From: Eledone cirrhosa
Taxonomy: Eukaryota
DNA length: 64,000 bases
Direction of reading: 5' to 3'
Assembly (NCBI GenBank): GCA_964016885.1
Contig: OZ024756.1
Coordinates: forward strand, 5,828,001 to 5,892,000
The position numbers and the translations under genes are program-made. Positions 1 to 18,000 of this stretch are shown one piece after another; the stretch's first letter is position 1; each line of letters begins with the position of its first letter. The notes below the pieces were generated by a model. That model was not told the DNA's origin, did not search any database, and saw only the letters and a program-made list of their open reading frames with translations.

Positions 1-3000
1 ATATATAGAAAGACAGTTACTATATATAGAAAGACAGTTACTATATATAGAAAGACACAGTTTCTATATATAGAAAGACAGTTACTATATATAGAAAGAC
101 ATTTACTATATATAGAAAGACACAGTTACTATATATAGAAAGACAGTTACTATATATAGAAAGACAGTTACTCTATATAGAAAGACACAGTTACTATATA
201 TAGAAAGACAGTTACTATATATAGAAAGGCAGTTACTATATATAGAAAGACAGTTACTATGTATAGAAAGACAGTTACTATATATAGAAAGACAGTTACT
301 ATATATAGAAAGACACATTTACTATATATAGACAGACAGAGTTAATTCATATAGAAAGACAGTTACTATATATAGACAGACACAGTTACTATATATAGAC
401 AGATACAGTTACTATATATAGACAGATACAGTTACTATATATAGAAATAGTGTTACTATATATAGAAATACAGTTACTATATATAGAAAGACACAGTTAC
501 TATTTATAGAAAGACAGTTACTATATATAGAAATAGAGTTACTATATATAGAAAGACAATTACTATATACAGAAAGACACAGTTACTATATATAGAAAGA
601 CACAGTTACTATATATAGAAAGACAGTTACTATACATAGAAAGACGGTTACTATATATAGAAATACAGTTACTATATATAGAAAGACAGTTGCTATATAT
701 ATAAAGACACAGTTACTATATATAGAAAGACAGTTGCTATATATAGACAGACAATTACTATATATAGAAAGACAGTTACTATATATAGAAAGACACAGTT
801 GCTATATATAGAAAGACACAGTTGCTATATATAGAAAGACAGTTAATATATATAGACAGACAGTTACTATATATAGAAAGACAGTTACTATATATAGAAA
901 GACAGTTGCTATATATAGAAAGACACAGTTACTATATATAGAAAGACAGTTACTATATATAGAAAGACAGTTGCTATATATAGACAGACAGTTACTATAT
1001 ATAGAAAGACAGTTACTATATATAGAAAGACAGTTACTATATATAGAAAGACAATTACGATATATAGACAGACACAGTTACTATATATAGACAGACACAG
1101 TTACTATATATAGACAGATACAGTTACTATATATAGACAGATACAGTTACTATATATAGAAAGACAGTTACTATATATAGAAATACAGTTACTATATATA
1201 GAAAGACAGTTACTATATATAGAAAGACAGTTACTATATATAGAAAGACACAGTTTCTATATATAGAAAGACAGTTACTACATATAGAAAGACAGTTACT
1301 ATATATAGAAAGACACAGTTACTATATATAGAAAGACAGTTACTATATATAGAAAGACAGTTACTATATATAGAAAAACAGTTACTATATATAGACAGAT
1401 ACAGTTACTATATATAGAAAGACAGTTACTATATATAGACATATACAGTTACTATATATAGACAGATACAGTTACTATATATAGAAAGACAGTTACTATA
1501 TATAGAAAGACAGTTACTATATATAGAAAGACCGTTACTCTATATAGCAAGACAGTTATAATATATAGAAAGACAGTTACTATATATAGAAAGACAGTTA
1601 TTATATATAGACAGACACAATTACTATATATAGGCAGATACAGTTACTATATATAGAAAGACAGTTACTATATATAAAAAGACACTTACTATATATAGAA
1701 AGACAGTTACTATATATAGAAACACAGTTACTATATATAGAAAGACAGTTACTATATATAGACAGACACAGTTACTATATATAGACAGACACTGTTACTA
1801 TATATAGAAAGACAGTTACTATATATAGAAAGACAGTTACTATATATAGAAAGACAGTTACTATATATAGAAAGACAGTTACTATATATAGACATATACA
1901 GTTACTATATATAGACAGATACAGTTACTATATATAGAAAGACAGTTACTATATATAGAAAGACAGTTACTATATATAGAAAGACAGTTACTATATATAG
2001 AAAGACAGTTACTATATATAGAAAGACAGTTATTATATATAGACAGACACAATTACTATATATAGACAGATACAGTTACTATATATAGAAAGACAGTTAC
2101 TATATATAGAAAGACACTTACTATATATAGAAAGACAGTTACTATATATAGAAACACAGTTACTATATATAGAAAGACAGTTACTATATATAGACAGACA
2201 CAGTTACTATATATAGACAGATACAGTTACTATATATAGAAACACAGTTACTATATATAGAAACACGGTTACTATATATAGAAAGACAGTTACTACATAT
2301 AGAAAGACAGTTGCTATATATAGAAAGACACAGTTACTATATATAGAAAGACAGTTACTATATATAGAAAGACAGTTGCTATATATTGACAGACAGTTAC
2401 TATATATAGAAAGACATTTACTATATATAGAAAGACACAGTTACTATATATAGAAAGACAGTTACTATATATAGAAAGACAGTTACTATATATAGAAAGA
2501 CAATTACTATATATAGACAGACACAGTTACTATATATAGACAGAGACAGTTACTATATATAGAGAGATACAGTTACTATATATAGACAGATACAGTTACT
2601 ATATATAGAAAGACAGTTACTATATATAGACAGATACAGTTACTATATATAGAAAGACAGTTACTATATATAGAAAGACAGTTACTATATATAGAAAGAC
2701 AGTTACTATATATAGAAAGACACAGTTTCTATATATAGAAAGACAGTTACTATATATAGAAAGACATTTACTATATATAGAAAGACACAGTTACTGTATA
2801 TAGAAAGACAGTTACTATATATAGAAAGACAGTTACTCTATATAGAAAGACACAGTTACTATATATAGAAAGACAGTTACTATATATAGAAAGGCAGTTA
2901 CTATATATAGAAAGACAGTTACTATGTATAGAAAGACAGTTACTATATATAGAAAGGCAGTTACTATATATAGAAAGACACATTTACTATATATAGACAG

Positions 3001-6000
3001 ACACAGTTACTATATATAGAAAGACAGTTACTATATATAGACAGACACAGTTACTATATATAGACAGATACAGTTACTATATATAGACAGATACAGTTAC
3101 TATATATAGAAATAGTGTTACTATATATAGAAATACAGTTACTATATATAGAAAGACACAGTTACTATTTATAGAAAGACAGTTACTATATATAGAAAGA
3201 CACAGTTACTATATATAGAAAGACAGTTACTATATATAGAAATAGAGTTACTATATATAGAACGACAATTACTATATACAGAAAGACACAGTTACTATAT
3301 ATAGAAAGACACTGTTACTATATATAGAAAGACAGTTGCTATATATAGACAGACAATTACTATATATAGAAAGACAGTTACTATATATAGAAAGACACAG
3401 TTGCTATATATAGAAAGACACAGTTGCTATATATAGAAAGACAGTTAATATATATAGACAGACAGTTACTATATATAGAAATACAGTTACTATATATAGA
3501 AAGAGAGTTGCTATATATAGAAAGACACAGTTACTATATATAGAAAGACAGTTACTATATATAGAAAGACAGTTGCTATATATAGACAGACAGTTACTAT
3601 ATATAGAAAGACAGTTATTATATATAGCAAGACACAGTTGCTATATATAGAAAGACACAATTACTATATATAGACAGACACAGTTACTATATATAGAAAG
3701 ACAGTTACTATATATAGAAAGACAGTTACTATATATAGAAAGACAATTACGATATATAGACAGACACAGTTACTATATATAGACAGACACAGTTACTATA
3801 TATAGACAGATACAGTTACTATATATAGACAGATACAGTTACTATATATAGAAATACAGTTACTATATATAGAAATACAGTTACTATATATAGAAAGACA
3901 GTTACTATATATAGAAAGACAGTTACTATATATAGAAAGACAAAGTTTCTATATATAGAAAGACAGTTACTACATATAGAAAGACAGTTACTATATATAG
4001 AAAGACAGTTACTATATATAGAAAAACAGTTACTATATATAGACAGATACAGTTACTATATATAGAAAGACAGTTACTATATATAGACATATACAGTTAC
4101 TATATATAGACAGATACAGTTACTATATATAGAAAGACAGTTACTATATATAGAAAGACAGTTACTATATATAGAAAGACCGTTACTCTATATAGCAAGA
4201 CAGTTATAATATATAGAAAGACAGTTACTATATATAGAAAGACAGTTATTATATATAGACAGACACAATTACTATATATAGACAGATACAGTTACTATAT
4301 ATAGAAAGACAGTTACTATATATAAAAAGACACTTACTATATATAGAAAGACAGTTACTATATATAGAAACACAGTTACTATATATAGAAAGACAGTTAC
4401 TATATATAGACAGACACAGTTACTATATATAGACAGACACTGTTACTATATATAGAAAGACAGTTACTATATATAGAAAGACAGTTACTATATATAGAAA
4501 GACAGTTACTATATATAGAAAGACAGTTACTATATATAGACATATACAGTTACTATATATAGACAGATACAGTTACTATATATAGAAAGACAGTTACTAT
4601 ATATAGAAAGACAGTTACTATATATAGAAAGACAGTTACTATATATAGAAAGACAGTTACTATATATAGAAAGACAGTTATTATATATAGACAGACACAA
4701 TTACTATATATAGACAGATACATTTACTATATATAGAAAGACAGTTACTATATATAGAAAGACACTTACTATATATCGAAAGACAGTTACTATATATAGA
4801 AACACAGTTACTATATATAGAAAGACAGTTACTATATATAGACAGACACAGTTACTATATATAGACAGATACAGTTACTATATATAGAAACACAGTTACT
4901 ATATATAGAAACACAGTTACTATATATAGAAAGACAGTTACTATATATAGACAGACACAGTTACTATATATAGACAGATACTGTTACTATATATAGAAAG
5001 ACAGTTTCTATATATAGAAAGACAGTTACTATATATAGAAAGACAGTTACTATATATAGAAAGACAGTTACTATATATAGACATATACAGTTACTATATA
5101 TAGACAGATACAGTTACTATATATAGAAAGACAGTTACTATATATAGAAAGACAGTTACTATATATAGAAAGACAGTTACTATATATAGAAAGACAGTTA
5201 CTATATATAGACATATACAGTTACTATATATAGACAGATACAGTTACTATATATAGAAAGACAGTTACTATATATAGAAAGACAGTTACTATATATAGAA
5301 AGACAGTTACTATATATAGAAAGACAGTTACTATATATAGAAAGACAGTTATTATATATAGACAGACACAATTACTATATATAGACAGATACAGTTACTA
5401 TATATAGAAAGACAGTTACTATATATAGAAAGACACTTACTATATATAGAAAGACAGTTACTATATATAGACAGACAATTACTATATATAGAAAGACAGT
5501 TACTATATATAGAAAGACACAGTTGCTATATATAGAAAGACACAGTTGCTATATATAGAAAGACAGTTAATATATATAGACAGACAGTTACTATATATAG
5601 AAATACAGTTACTATATATAGAAAGAGAGTTGCTATATATAGAAAGACACAGTTACTATATATAGAAAGACAGTTACTATATATAGAAAGACAGTTGCTA
5701 TATATAGACATACAGTTACTATATATAGAAAGACAGTTATTATATATAGCAAGACACAGTTGCTATATATAGAAAGACACAATTACTATATATAGACAGA
5801 CACAGTTACTATATATAGAAAGACAGTTACTATATATAGAAAGACAGTTACTATATATAGAAAGACAATTACGATATATAGACAGACACCGTTACTATAT
5901 ATAGACAGACACAGTTACTATATATAGACAGATACAGTTACTATATATAGACAGATACAGTTACTATATATAGAAATACAGTTACTATATATAGAAATAC

Positions 6001-9000
6001 AGTTACTATATATAGAAAGACAGTTACTATATATAGAAAGACAGTTACTATATATAGAAAGACACAGTTTCTATATATAGAAAGACAGTTACTACATATA
6101 GAAAGACAGTTACTATATATAGAAAGACAGTTACTATATATAGAAAAACAGTTACTATATATAGACAGATACAGTTACTATATATAGAAAGACAGTTACT
6201 ATATATAGACATATACAGTTACTATATATAGACAGATACAGTTACTATATATAGAAAGACAGTTACTATATATAGAAAGACAGTTACTATATATAGAAAG
6301 ACCGTTACTCTATATAGCAAGACAGTTATAATATATAGAAAGACAGTTACTATATATAGAAAGACAGTTATTATATATAGACAGACACAATTACTATATA
6401 TAGACAGATACAGTTACTATATATAGAAAGACAGTTACTATATATAAAAAGACACTTACTATATATAGAAAGACAGTTACTATATATAGAAACACAGTTA
6501 CTATATATAGAAAGACAGTTACTATATATAGACAGACACAGTTACTATATATAGACAGACACTGTTACTATATATAGAAAGACAGTTACTATATATAGAA
6601 AGACAGTTACTATATATAGAAAGACAGTTACTATATATAGAAAGACAGTTACTATATATAGACATATACAGTTACTATATATAGACAGATACAGTTACTA
6701 TATATAGAAAGACAGTTACTATATATAGAAAGACAGTTACTATATATAGAAAGACAGTTACTATATATAGAAAGACAGTTACTATATATAGAAAGACAGT
6801 TATTATATATAGACAGACACAATTACTATATATAGACAGATACAGTTACTATATATAGAAAGACAGTTACTATATATAGAAAGACACTTACTATATATAG
6901 AAAGACAGTTACTATATATAGAAACACAGTTACTATATATAGAAAGACAGTTACTATATATAGACAGACACAGTTACTATATATAGACAGATACAGTTAC
7001 TATATATAGAAACACAGTTACTATATATAGAAACACAGTTACTATATATAGAAAGACAGTTACTATATATAGACAGACACAGTTACTATATATAGACAGA
7101 TACTGTTACTATATATAGAAAGACAGTTTCTATATATAGAAAGACAGTTACTATATATAGAAAGACAGTTACTATATATAGAAAGACAGTTACTATATAT
7201 AGACATATACAGTTACTATATATAGACAGATACAGTTACTATATATAGAAAGACAGTTACTATATATAGAAAGACAGTTACTATATATAGAAAGACAGTT
7301 ACTATATATAGAAAGACAGTTACTATATATAGACATATACAGTTACTATATATAGACAGATACAGTTACTATATATAGAAAGACAGTTACTATATATAGA
7401 AAGACAGTTACTATATATAGAAAGACAGTTACTATATATAGAAAGACAGTTACTATATATAGAAAGACAGTTATTATATATAGACAGACACAATTACTAT
7501 ATATAGACAGATACAGTTACTATATATAGAAAGACAGTTACTATATATAGAAAGACACTTACTATATATAGAAAGACAGTTACTATATATAGAAACACAG
7601 TTACTATATATAGAAAGAAGTTACTATATATAGACAGACACAGTTACTATATATAGACAGATACAGTTACTATATATAGAAAGACAGTTACTATATATAG
7701 AAAGACAGTTACTATATATAGAAAGACACAGTTACTATATATAGAAAGACAGTTACTATATATAGAAAGACAGTTACTATATATAGAAAGACAGTTACTA
7801 TATATAGACAGACACAGTTACTATATATGGAAAGACAGTTACTATATATAGAAAGACAATTACTATATATAGAAAGACAGTTACTATATATAGAAAGACA
7901 CAGTTACTATATATAGAAAGACAGTTACTATATATAGAAAGACAGTTACTGCATATAGAAAGACACAGTTACTATATATAGAAAGACAGTTACTATATAT
8001 AGAAAGACAGTTACTATATATATAAAGACACAGTTACTATATATAGAAATACAGTTACTATATATAGAAAGACAGTTACTATATATAGAAAGACAGTTAC
8101 TATATATAGAAAGACAGTTACTATATATAGAAAGACACAGTTACTAAATATAGAAAGACAGTTACTATATATCGAAAAACACAATTACTATATATAGAAA
8201 GACAGTTACTATATATAGAAAGACAGTTACTATATATAGAAAGACAGTTACTGCATATAGAAAGTCACAGTTACTATATATAGAAAGACAGTTACTATAT
8301 ATAGAAAGACAGTTACTATATATAGAAAGACACAGTTACTAAATATAGAAAGACAGTTACTATATATAGAAAGACAGTTACTATATATAGAAAGACAGTT
8401 ACTATATATAGACAGACACAGTTACTATATATGGAAAGACAGTTACTATATATAGAAAGACAGTTACTATATATCGAAAAACACAATTACTATATATAGA
8501 AAGACAGTTACTATATATAGAAAGACAGTTACTATATATAGACATATACAGTTACTATATATAGACAGATACAGTTACTATATATAGAAAGACAGTTACT
8601 ATATATAGAAAGACAGTTACTATATATAGAAAGACAGTTACTATATATAGAAAGACAGTTACTATATATAGAAAGACAGTTATTATATATAGACAGACAC
8701 AATTACTATATATAGACAGATACAGTTACTATATATAGAAAGACAGTTACTATATATAGAAAGACAGTTACTATATATAGAAACACAGTTACTATATATA
8801 GAAAGACAGTTACTATATATAGACAGACACAGTTACTATATATAGACAGATACAGTTACTATATATCGACACACAGTTACTATATATAGAAAGACAGTTA
8901 CTATATATAGAAAGACACAGTTACTATATATAGAAAGACAGTTACTATATATAGAAAGACACAGTTACTATATATAGAAAGACAGTTACTATATATAGAA

Positions 9001-12000
9001 AGACAGTTACTATATATAGAAAGACAGTTACTATATATAGAAAGACAGTTACTATATATAGAAAGACACAGTTACTATATATAGAAAGACAGTTACTATA
9101 TATAGAAAGACAGTTACTGCATATAGAAAGACACAGTTTCTATATATAGAAAGACAGTTACTATATATAGAAAGACAGTTACTATATATAGAAAGACACA
9201 GTTACTATATATAGAAATACAGTTACTATATATAGAAAGACAGTTACTATATATAGAAAGACAGTTACTATATATAGAAAGACAGTTACCATATATAGAA
9301 AGACACAGTTACTATATATAGAAAGACAGTTACTATATATAGAAAGACAGTTACTATATAGAGAAAGACAGTTACTATATATAGACAGACACAGTTACTA
9401 TATATGGAAAGACAGTTACTATATATAGAAAGACAGTTACTACATATCGAAAAACACAGTTACTATATATAGAAAGACAGTTACTATATATAGAAAGACA
9501 GTTACTATATATAGAAAGACACAGTTACTATATATAGAAAGACAGTTACTATATATAGAAAGACAGTTGCTATATATAGAAAGACAGTTACTATATATAG
9601 AAAGACAGTTGCTATATATAGAAAGACACAGTTACTATATATAGAAAGACAGTTACTATATATAGAAAGACAGTTGCTATATATTGACAGACAGTTACTA
9701 TATATAGAAAGACACAGTTACTATATATAGAAAGACAGTTACTATATATAGAAAGACAGTTAATATATATAGACAGACACAGTTACTATATATGGAAAGA
9801 CAGTTACTATATATAGAAAGACCGTTACTATATATAGAAAGACAGTTACTATATATAGAAAGACAGTTACTATATATAGAAAGACAGTTACTATATATAG
9901 AAAGACACAGTTACTATATATAGAAAGACAGTTACTATATATAGAAAGACAGTTGCTATATATAGAAAGACAGTTACTATATATAGAAAGACAGTTACTA
10001 TATATAGAAAGACACAGTTGCTATATATAGAAAGACACAGTTGCTATATATAGAAAGACAGTTAATATATATAGACAGACAGTTACTATATATAGAAAGA
10101 CAGTTACTATATATAGAAAGACAGTTGCTATATATAGAAAGACACAGTTACTATATATAGAAAGACAGTTACTATATATAGAAAGACAGTTGCTATATAT
10201 TGACAGACAGTTACTATATATAGAAAGACAGTTACTATATATAGCAAGACACAGTTGCTATACACAGAAAGAAACAGTTACTATATATAGACAGACACAG
10301 TTACTATATATAGAAAGACAGTTACTATATATAGAAAGACAGTTACTATATATAGAAAGACAATTACTATATATAGACCGACACAGTTACTATATATAGA
10401 CAGACACAGTTACTATATATAGAGAGATACAGTTACTATATATAGACAGATACAGTTACTATATATAGAAAGACAGTTACTATATATAGACAGATACAGT
10501 TACTATATATAGAAAGACACAGTTACTATATATAGAAAGACAGGTACTATATATAGAAAGACAGTTACTATATATAGAAAGACAGTTACTATATATAGAA
10601 AGACACAGTTTCTATATATAGAAAGACAGTTACTATATATAGAAAGACAGTTACTATATATAGAAAGACACAGTTACTGTATATAGAAAGACAGTTACTA
10701 TATATAGAAAGACACTTACTATATATAGAAAGACAGTTACTATATATAGAAAGACACAGTTACTATATATAGAAATACAGTTACTATATATAGAAAGACA
10801 GTCACTATATATAGAAATACAGTTACTATATATAGAAAGACAGTTACTATATATAGAAAGACACAGTTACTATATATAGAAAGACAGTTACTATATATAG
10901 AAAGACAGTTACTATATATAGAAAGACAGTTACTATATATAGACAGACACAGTTACTATATATGGAAAGACAGTTACTATATATAGAAAGACAGTTACTA
11001 TATATCGAAAAACACAGTTACTATATATAAAAAGACAGTTACTATATATAGAAAGACAGTTACTGCATATAGAAATGCAGTTACTATATATAGAAAGACA
11101 GTTACTATATATAGAAAGACAGTTACTATATATAGAAAGACACAGTTACTATATATAGAAAGACAGTTACTATATATAGAAAGACAGTTAATATATATAG
11201 ACAGACACAGTTACTATATATGGAAAGACAGTTACTATATATAGAAAGACCGTTACTATATATAGAAAGACAGTTACTATATATAGAAAGACAGTTACTA
11301 TATATAGAAAGACAGTTACTATATATAGAAAGACACAGTTACTATATATAGAAAGACAGTTACTATATATAGAAAGACAGTTGCTATATATAGAAAGACA
11401 GTTACTATATATAGAAAGACAGTTACTATATATAGAAAGACGCAGTTGCTATATATAGAAAGACACAGTTGCTATATATAGAAAGACAGTTAATATATAT
11501 AGACAGACAGTTACTATATATAGAAAGACAGTTACTATATATAGAAAGACAGTTGCTATATATAGAAAGACACAGTTACTATATATAGAAAGACAGTTAC
11601 TATATATAGAAAGACAGTTGCTATATATTGACAGACAGTTACTATATATAGAAAGACAGTTACTATATATAGCAAGACACAGTTGCTATATACAGAAAGA
11701 AACAGTTACTATATATAGACAGACACAGTTACTATATATAGAAAGACAGTTACTATATATAGAAAGACAGTTATTATATATAGACAGACACAATTACTAT
11801 ATATAGACAGATACAGTTACTATATATAGAAACACAGTTACTATATATAGAAAGACAGTTACTATATATAGAAACACAGTTACTATATATAGAAAGACAG
11901 TTACTATATATAGACAGACACAGTTACTATATATAGACAGATACAGTTACTATATATAGACACACAGTTACTATATATAGAAAGACACAGTTACTATATA

Positions 12001-15000
12001 TAGAAAGACAGTTACTATATGTAGAAAGACACAGTTACTATATATAGAAAGACAGTTACTATATATAGAAAGACAGTTACTATATATAGAAAGACAGTTA
12101 CTATATATAGAAAGACAGTTACTATATATAGAAAGACACAGTTACTATATATAGAAAGACAGTTACTATATATAGAAAGACAGTTACTATATATAGAAAG
12201 ACAGTTACTATATATAGACTGACACAGTTACTATATATGGAAAGACAGTTACTATATATAGAAAGACAATTACTATATATAGAAAGACAGTTACTATATA
12301 TAGAAAGACACAGTTACTATATATAGAAAGACAGTTACTATATATAGAAAGACAGTTACTGCATATAGAAAGACACAGTTACTATATATAGAAAGACAGT
12401 TACTATATATAGAAAGACAGTTACTATATATATAAAGACACAGTTACTATATATAGAAATACAGTTACTATATATAGAAAGACAGTTACTATATATAGAA
12501 AGACAGTTACTATATATAGAAAGACAGTTACTATATATAGAAAAACACAATTACTATATATAGAAAGACAGTTACTATATATAGAAAGACAGTTACTATA
12601 TATAGAAAGACAGTTACTGCATATAGAAAGACACAGTTACTATATATAGAAAGACAGTTACTATATATAGAAAGACAGTTACTATATATAGAAAGACACA
12701 GTTACTAAATATAGAAAGACAGTTACTATATATAGAAAGACAGTTACTATATATAGAAAGACAGTTACTATATATAGACAGACACAGTTACTATATATGG
12801 AAAGACAGTTACTATATATAGAAAGACAGTTACTATATATCGAAAAACACAATTACTATATATAGAAAGACAGTTACTATATATAGAAAGACAGTTACTA
12901 TATATAGACATATACAGTTACTATATATAGACAGATACAGTTACTATATATAGAAAGACAGTTACTATATATAGAAAGACAGTTACTATATATAGAAAGA
13001 CAGTTACTATATATAGAAAGACAGTTACTATATATAGAAAGACAGTTATTATATATAGACAGACACAATTACTATATATAGACAGATACAGTTACTATAT
13101 ATAGAAAGACAGTTACTATATATAGAAAGACAGTTACTATATATAGAAACAGAGTTACTATATATAGAAAGACAGTTACTATATATAGACAGACACAGTT
13201 ACTATATATAGACAGATACAGTTACTATATATAGACACACAGTTACTATATATAGAAAGACAGTTACTATATATAGAAAGACACAGTTACTATATATAGA
13301 AAGACAGTTACTATATATAGAAAGACACAGTTACTATATATAGAAAGACAGTTACTATATATAGAAAGACAGTTACTATATATAGAAAGACAGTTACTAT
13401 ATATAGAATGACAGTTACTATATATAGAAAGACACAGTTACTATATATAGAAAGACAGTTACTATATATAGAAAGACAGTTACTGCATATAGAAAGACAC
13501 AGTTTCTATATATAGAAAGACAGTTACTATATATAGAAAGACAGTTACTATATATAGAAAGACACAGTTACTATATATAGAAATACAGTTACTATATATA
13601 GAAAGACAGTTACTATATATAGAAAGACAGTTACTATATATAGAAAGACAGTTACCATATATAGAAAGACACAGTTACTATATATAGAAAGACAGTTACT
13701 ATATATAGAAAGACAGTTACTATATAGAGAAAGACAGTTACTATATATAGACAGACACAGTTACTATATATGGAAAGACAGTTACTATATATAGAAAGAC
13801 AGTTACTACATATCGAAAAACACAGTTACTATATATAGAAAGACAGTTACTATATATAGAAAGACAGTTACTATATATAGAAAGACACAGTTACTATATA
13901 TAGAAAGACAGTTACTATATATAGAAAGACAGTTGCTATATATAGAAAGACAGTTACTATATATAGAAAGACAGTTGCTATATATAGAAAGACACAGTTA
14001 CTATATATAGAAAGACAGTTACTATATATAGAAAGACAGTTGCTATATATTGACAGTCAGTTACTATATATAGAAAGACACAGTTACTATATATAGAAAG
14101 ACAGTTACTATATATAGAAAGACAGTTAATATATATAGACAGACACAGTTACTATATATGGAAAGACAGTTACTATATATAGAAAGACCGTTACTATATA
14201 TAGAAAGACAGTTACTATATATAGAAAGACAGTTACTATATATAGAAAGACAGTTACTATATATAGAAAGACACAGTTACTATATATAGAAAGACAGTTA
14301 CTATATATAGAAAGACAGTTGCTATATATAGAAAGACAGTTACTATATATAGAAAGACAGTTACTATATATAGAAAGACACAGTTGCTATATATAGAAAG
14401 ACACAGTTGCTATATATAGAAAGACAGTTAATATATATAGACAGACAGTTACTATATATAGAAAGACAGTTACTATATATAGAAAGACAGTTGCTATATA
14501 TAGAAAGACACAGTTACTATATATAGAAAGACAGTTACTATATATAGAAAGACAGTTGCTATATATTGACAGACAGTTACTATATATAGAAAGACAGTTA
14601 CTATATATAGCAAGACACAGTTGCTATACACAGAAAGAAACAGTTACTATATATAGACAGACACAGTTACTATATATAGAAAGACAGTTACTATATATAG
14701 AAAGACAGTTACTATATATAGAAAGACAATTACTATATATAGACAGACACAGTTACTATATATAGACAGACACAGTTACTATATATAGAGAGATACAGTT
14801 ACTATATATAGACAGATACAGTTACTATATATAGAAAGACAGTTACTATATATAGATAGATACAGTTACTATATATAGAAAGACACAGTTACTATATATA
14901 GAAAGACAGGTACTATATATAGAAAGACAGTTACTATATATAGAAAGACAGTTACTATATATAGAAAGACACAGTTTCTATATATAGAAAGACAGTTACT

Positions 15001-18000
15001 ATATATAGAAAGACAGTTACTATATATAGAAAGACACAGTTACTGTATATAGAAAGACAGTTACTATATATAGAAAGACACAGTTACTATATATAGAAAG
15101 ACAGTTACTATATATAGAAAGACACAGTTACTATATATAGAAATACAGTTACTATATATAGAAAGACAGTCACTATATATAGAAAGACAGTTACTATATA
15201 TAGAAAGACAGTTACTATATATAGAAAGACACAGTTACTATATATAGAAAGACAGTTACTATATATAGAAAGACAGTTACTATATATAGAAAGACAGTTA
15301 CTATACATAGACAGACACAGTTACTATATATGGAAAGACAGTTACTATATATAGAAAGACAGTTACTATATATCGAAAAACACAGTTACTATATATAAAA
15401 AGACAGTTACTATATATAGAAAGACAGTTACTGCATATAGAAATACAGTTACTATATATAGAAAGACAGTTACTATATATAGAAAGACAGTTACTATATA
15501 TAGAAAGACACAGTTACTATATATAGAAAGACAGTTACTATATATAGAAAGACAGTTAATATATATAGACAGACACAGTTACTATATATGGAAAGACAGT
15601 TACTATATATAGAAAGACCGTTACTATATATAGAAAGACAGTTACTATATATAGAAAGACAGTTACTATATATAGAAAGACAGTTACTATATATAGAAAG
15701 ACACAGTTACTATATATAGAAAGACAGTTACTATATATAGAAAGACAGTTGCTATATATAGAAAGACAGTTACTATATATAGAAAGACAGTTACTATATA
15801 TAGAAAGACGCAGTTGCTATATATAGAAAGACACAGTTGCTATATATAGAAAGACAGTTAATATATATAGACAGACAGTTACTATATATAGAAAGACAGT
15901 TACTATATATAGAAAGACAGTTGCTATATATAGAAAGACACAGTTACTATATATAGAAAGACAGTTACTATATATAGAAAGACAGTTGCTATATATTGAC
16001 AGACAGTTACTATATATAGAAAGACAGTTACTATATATAGCAAGACACAGTTGCTATATACAGAAAGAAACAGTTACTATATATAGACAGACACAGTTAC
16101 TATATATAGAAAGACAGTTACTATATATAGAAAGACAGTTATTATATATAGACAGACACAATTACTATATATAGACAGATACAGTTACTATATATAGAAT
16201 GACAGTTACTATATATAGAAACACAGTTACTATATATAGAAAGACAGTTACTATATATAGACAGACACAGTTACTATATATAGACAGATACAGTTACTAT
16301 ATATAGACACACAGTTACTATATATAGAAAGACAGTTACTATATATAGAAAGACACAGTTACTATATATAGAAAGACAGTTACTATATATAGAAAGACAC
16401 AGTTACTATATATAGAAAGACAGTTACTATATATAGAAAGACAGTTACTATATATAGAAAGACAGTTACTATATATAGAAAGACAGTTACTATATATAGA
16501 AAGACACAGTTACTATATATAGAAAGACAGTTACTATATATAGAAAGACAGTTACTGCATATAGAAAAACACAGTTACTATATATAGAAAGACAGTTACT
16601 ATATATAGAAAGACAGTTGCTATATATTGACAGACAGTTACTATATATAGAAAGACAGTTACTATATATAGCAAGACACAGTTGCTATACACAGAAAGAA
16701 ACAGTTACTATATATAGACAGACACAGTTACTATATATAGAAAGACAGTTACTATATATAGAAAGACAGTTACTATATATAGAAAGACAATTACTATATA
16801 TAGACAGACACAGTTACTATATATAGACAGACACAGTTACTATATATAGAGAGATACAGTTACTATATATAGACAGATACAGTTACTATATATAGAAAGA
16901 CAGTTACTATATATAGACAGATACAGTTACTATATATAGAAAGACACAGTTACTATATATAGAAAGACAGGTACTATATATAGAATGGCAGATACTATAT
17001 ATAGAAAGACAGTTACTATATATAGAAAGACACAGTTTCTATATATAGAAAGACAGTTACTATATATAGAAAGACAGTTACTATATATAGAAAGACACAG
17101 TTACTGTATATAGAAAGACAGTTACTATATATAGAAAGACACAGTTACTATATATAGAAAGACAGTTACTATATATAGAAAGACACAGTTACTATATATA
17201 GAAATACAGTTACTATATATAGAAAGACAGTCACTATATATAGAAAGACAGTTACTATATATAGAAAGACAGTTACTATATATAGAAAGACACAGTTACT
17301 ATATATAGAAAGACAGTTACTATATATAGAAAGACAGTTACTATATATAGAAAGACAGTTACTATATATAGACAGACACAGTTACTATATATGGAAAGAC
17401 AGTTACTATATATAGAAAGACAGTTACTATATATCGAAAAACACAGTTACTATATATAAAAAGACAGTTACTATATATAGAAAGACAGTTACTGCATATA
17501 GAAATACAGTTACTATATATAGAAAGACAGTTACTATATATAGAAAGACAGTTACTATATATAGAAAGACACAGTTACTATATATAGAAAGACAGTTACT
17601 ATATATAGAAAGACAGTTAATATATATAGACAGACACAGTTACTATATATGGAAAGACAGTTACTATATATAGAAAGACCGTTACTATATATAGAAAGAC
17701 AGTTACTATATATAGAAAGACAGTTACTATATATAGAAAGACAGTTACTATATATAGAAAGACACAGTTACTATATATAGAAAGACAGTTACTATATATA
17801 GAAAGACAGTTGCTATATATAGAAAGACAGTTACTATATATAGAAAGACAGTTACTATATATAGAAAGACGCAGTTGCTATATATAGAAAGACACAGTTG
17901 CTATATATAGAAAGACAGTTAATATATATAGACAGACAGTTACTATATATAGAAAGACAGTTACTATATATAGAAAGACAGTTGCTATATATAGAAAGAC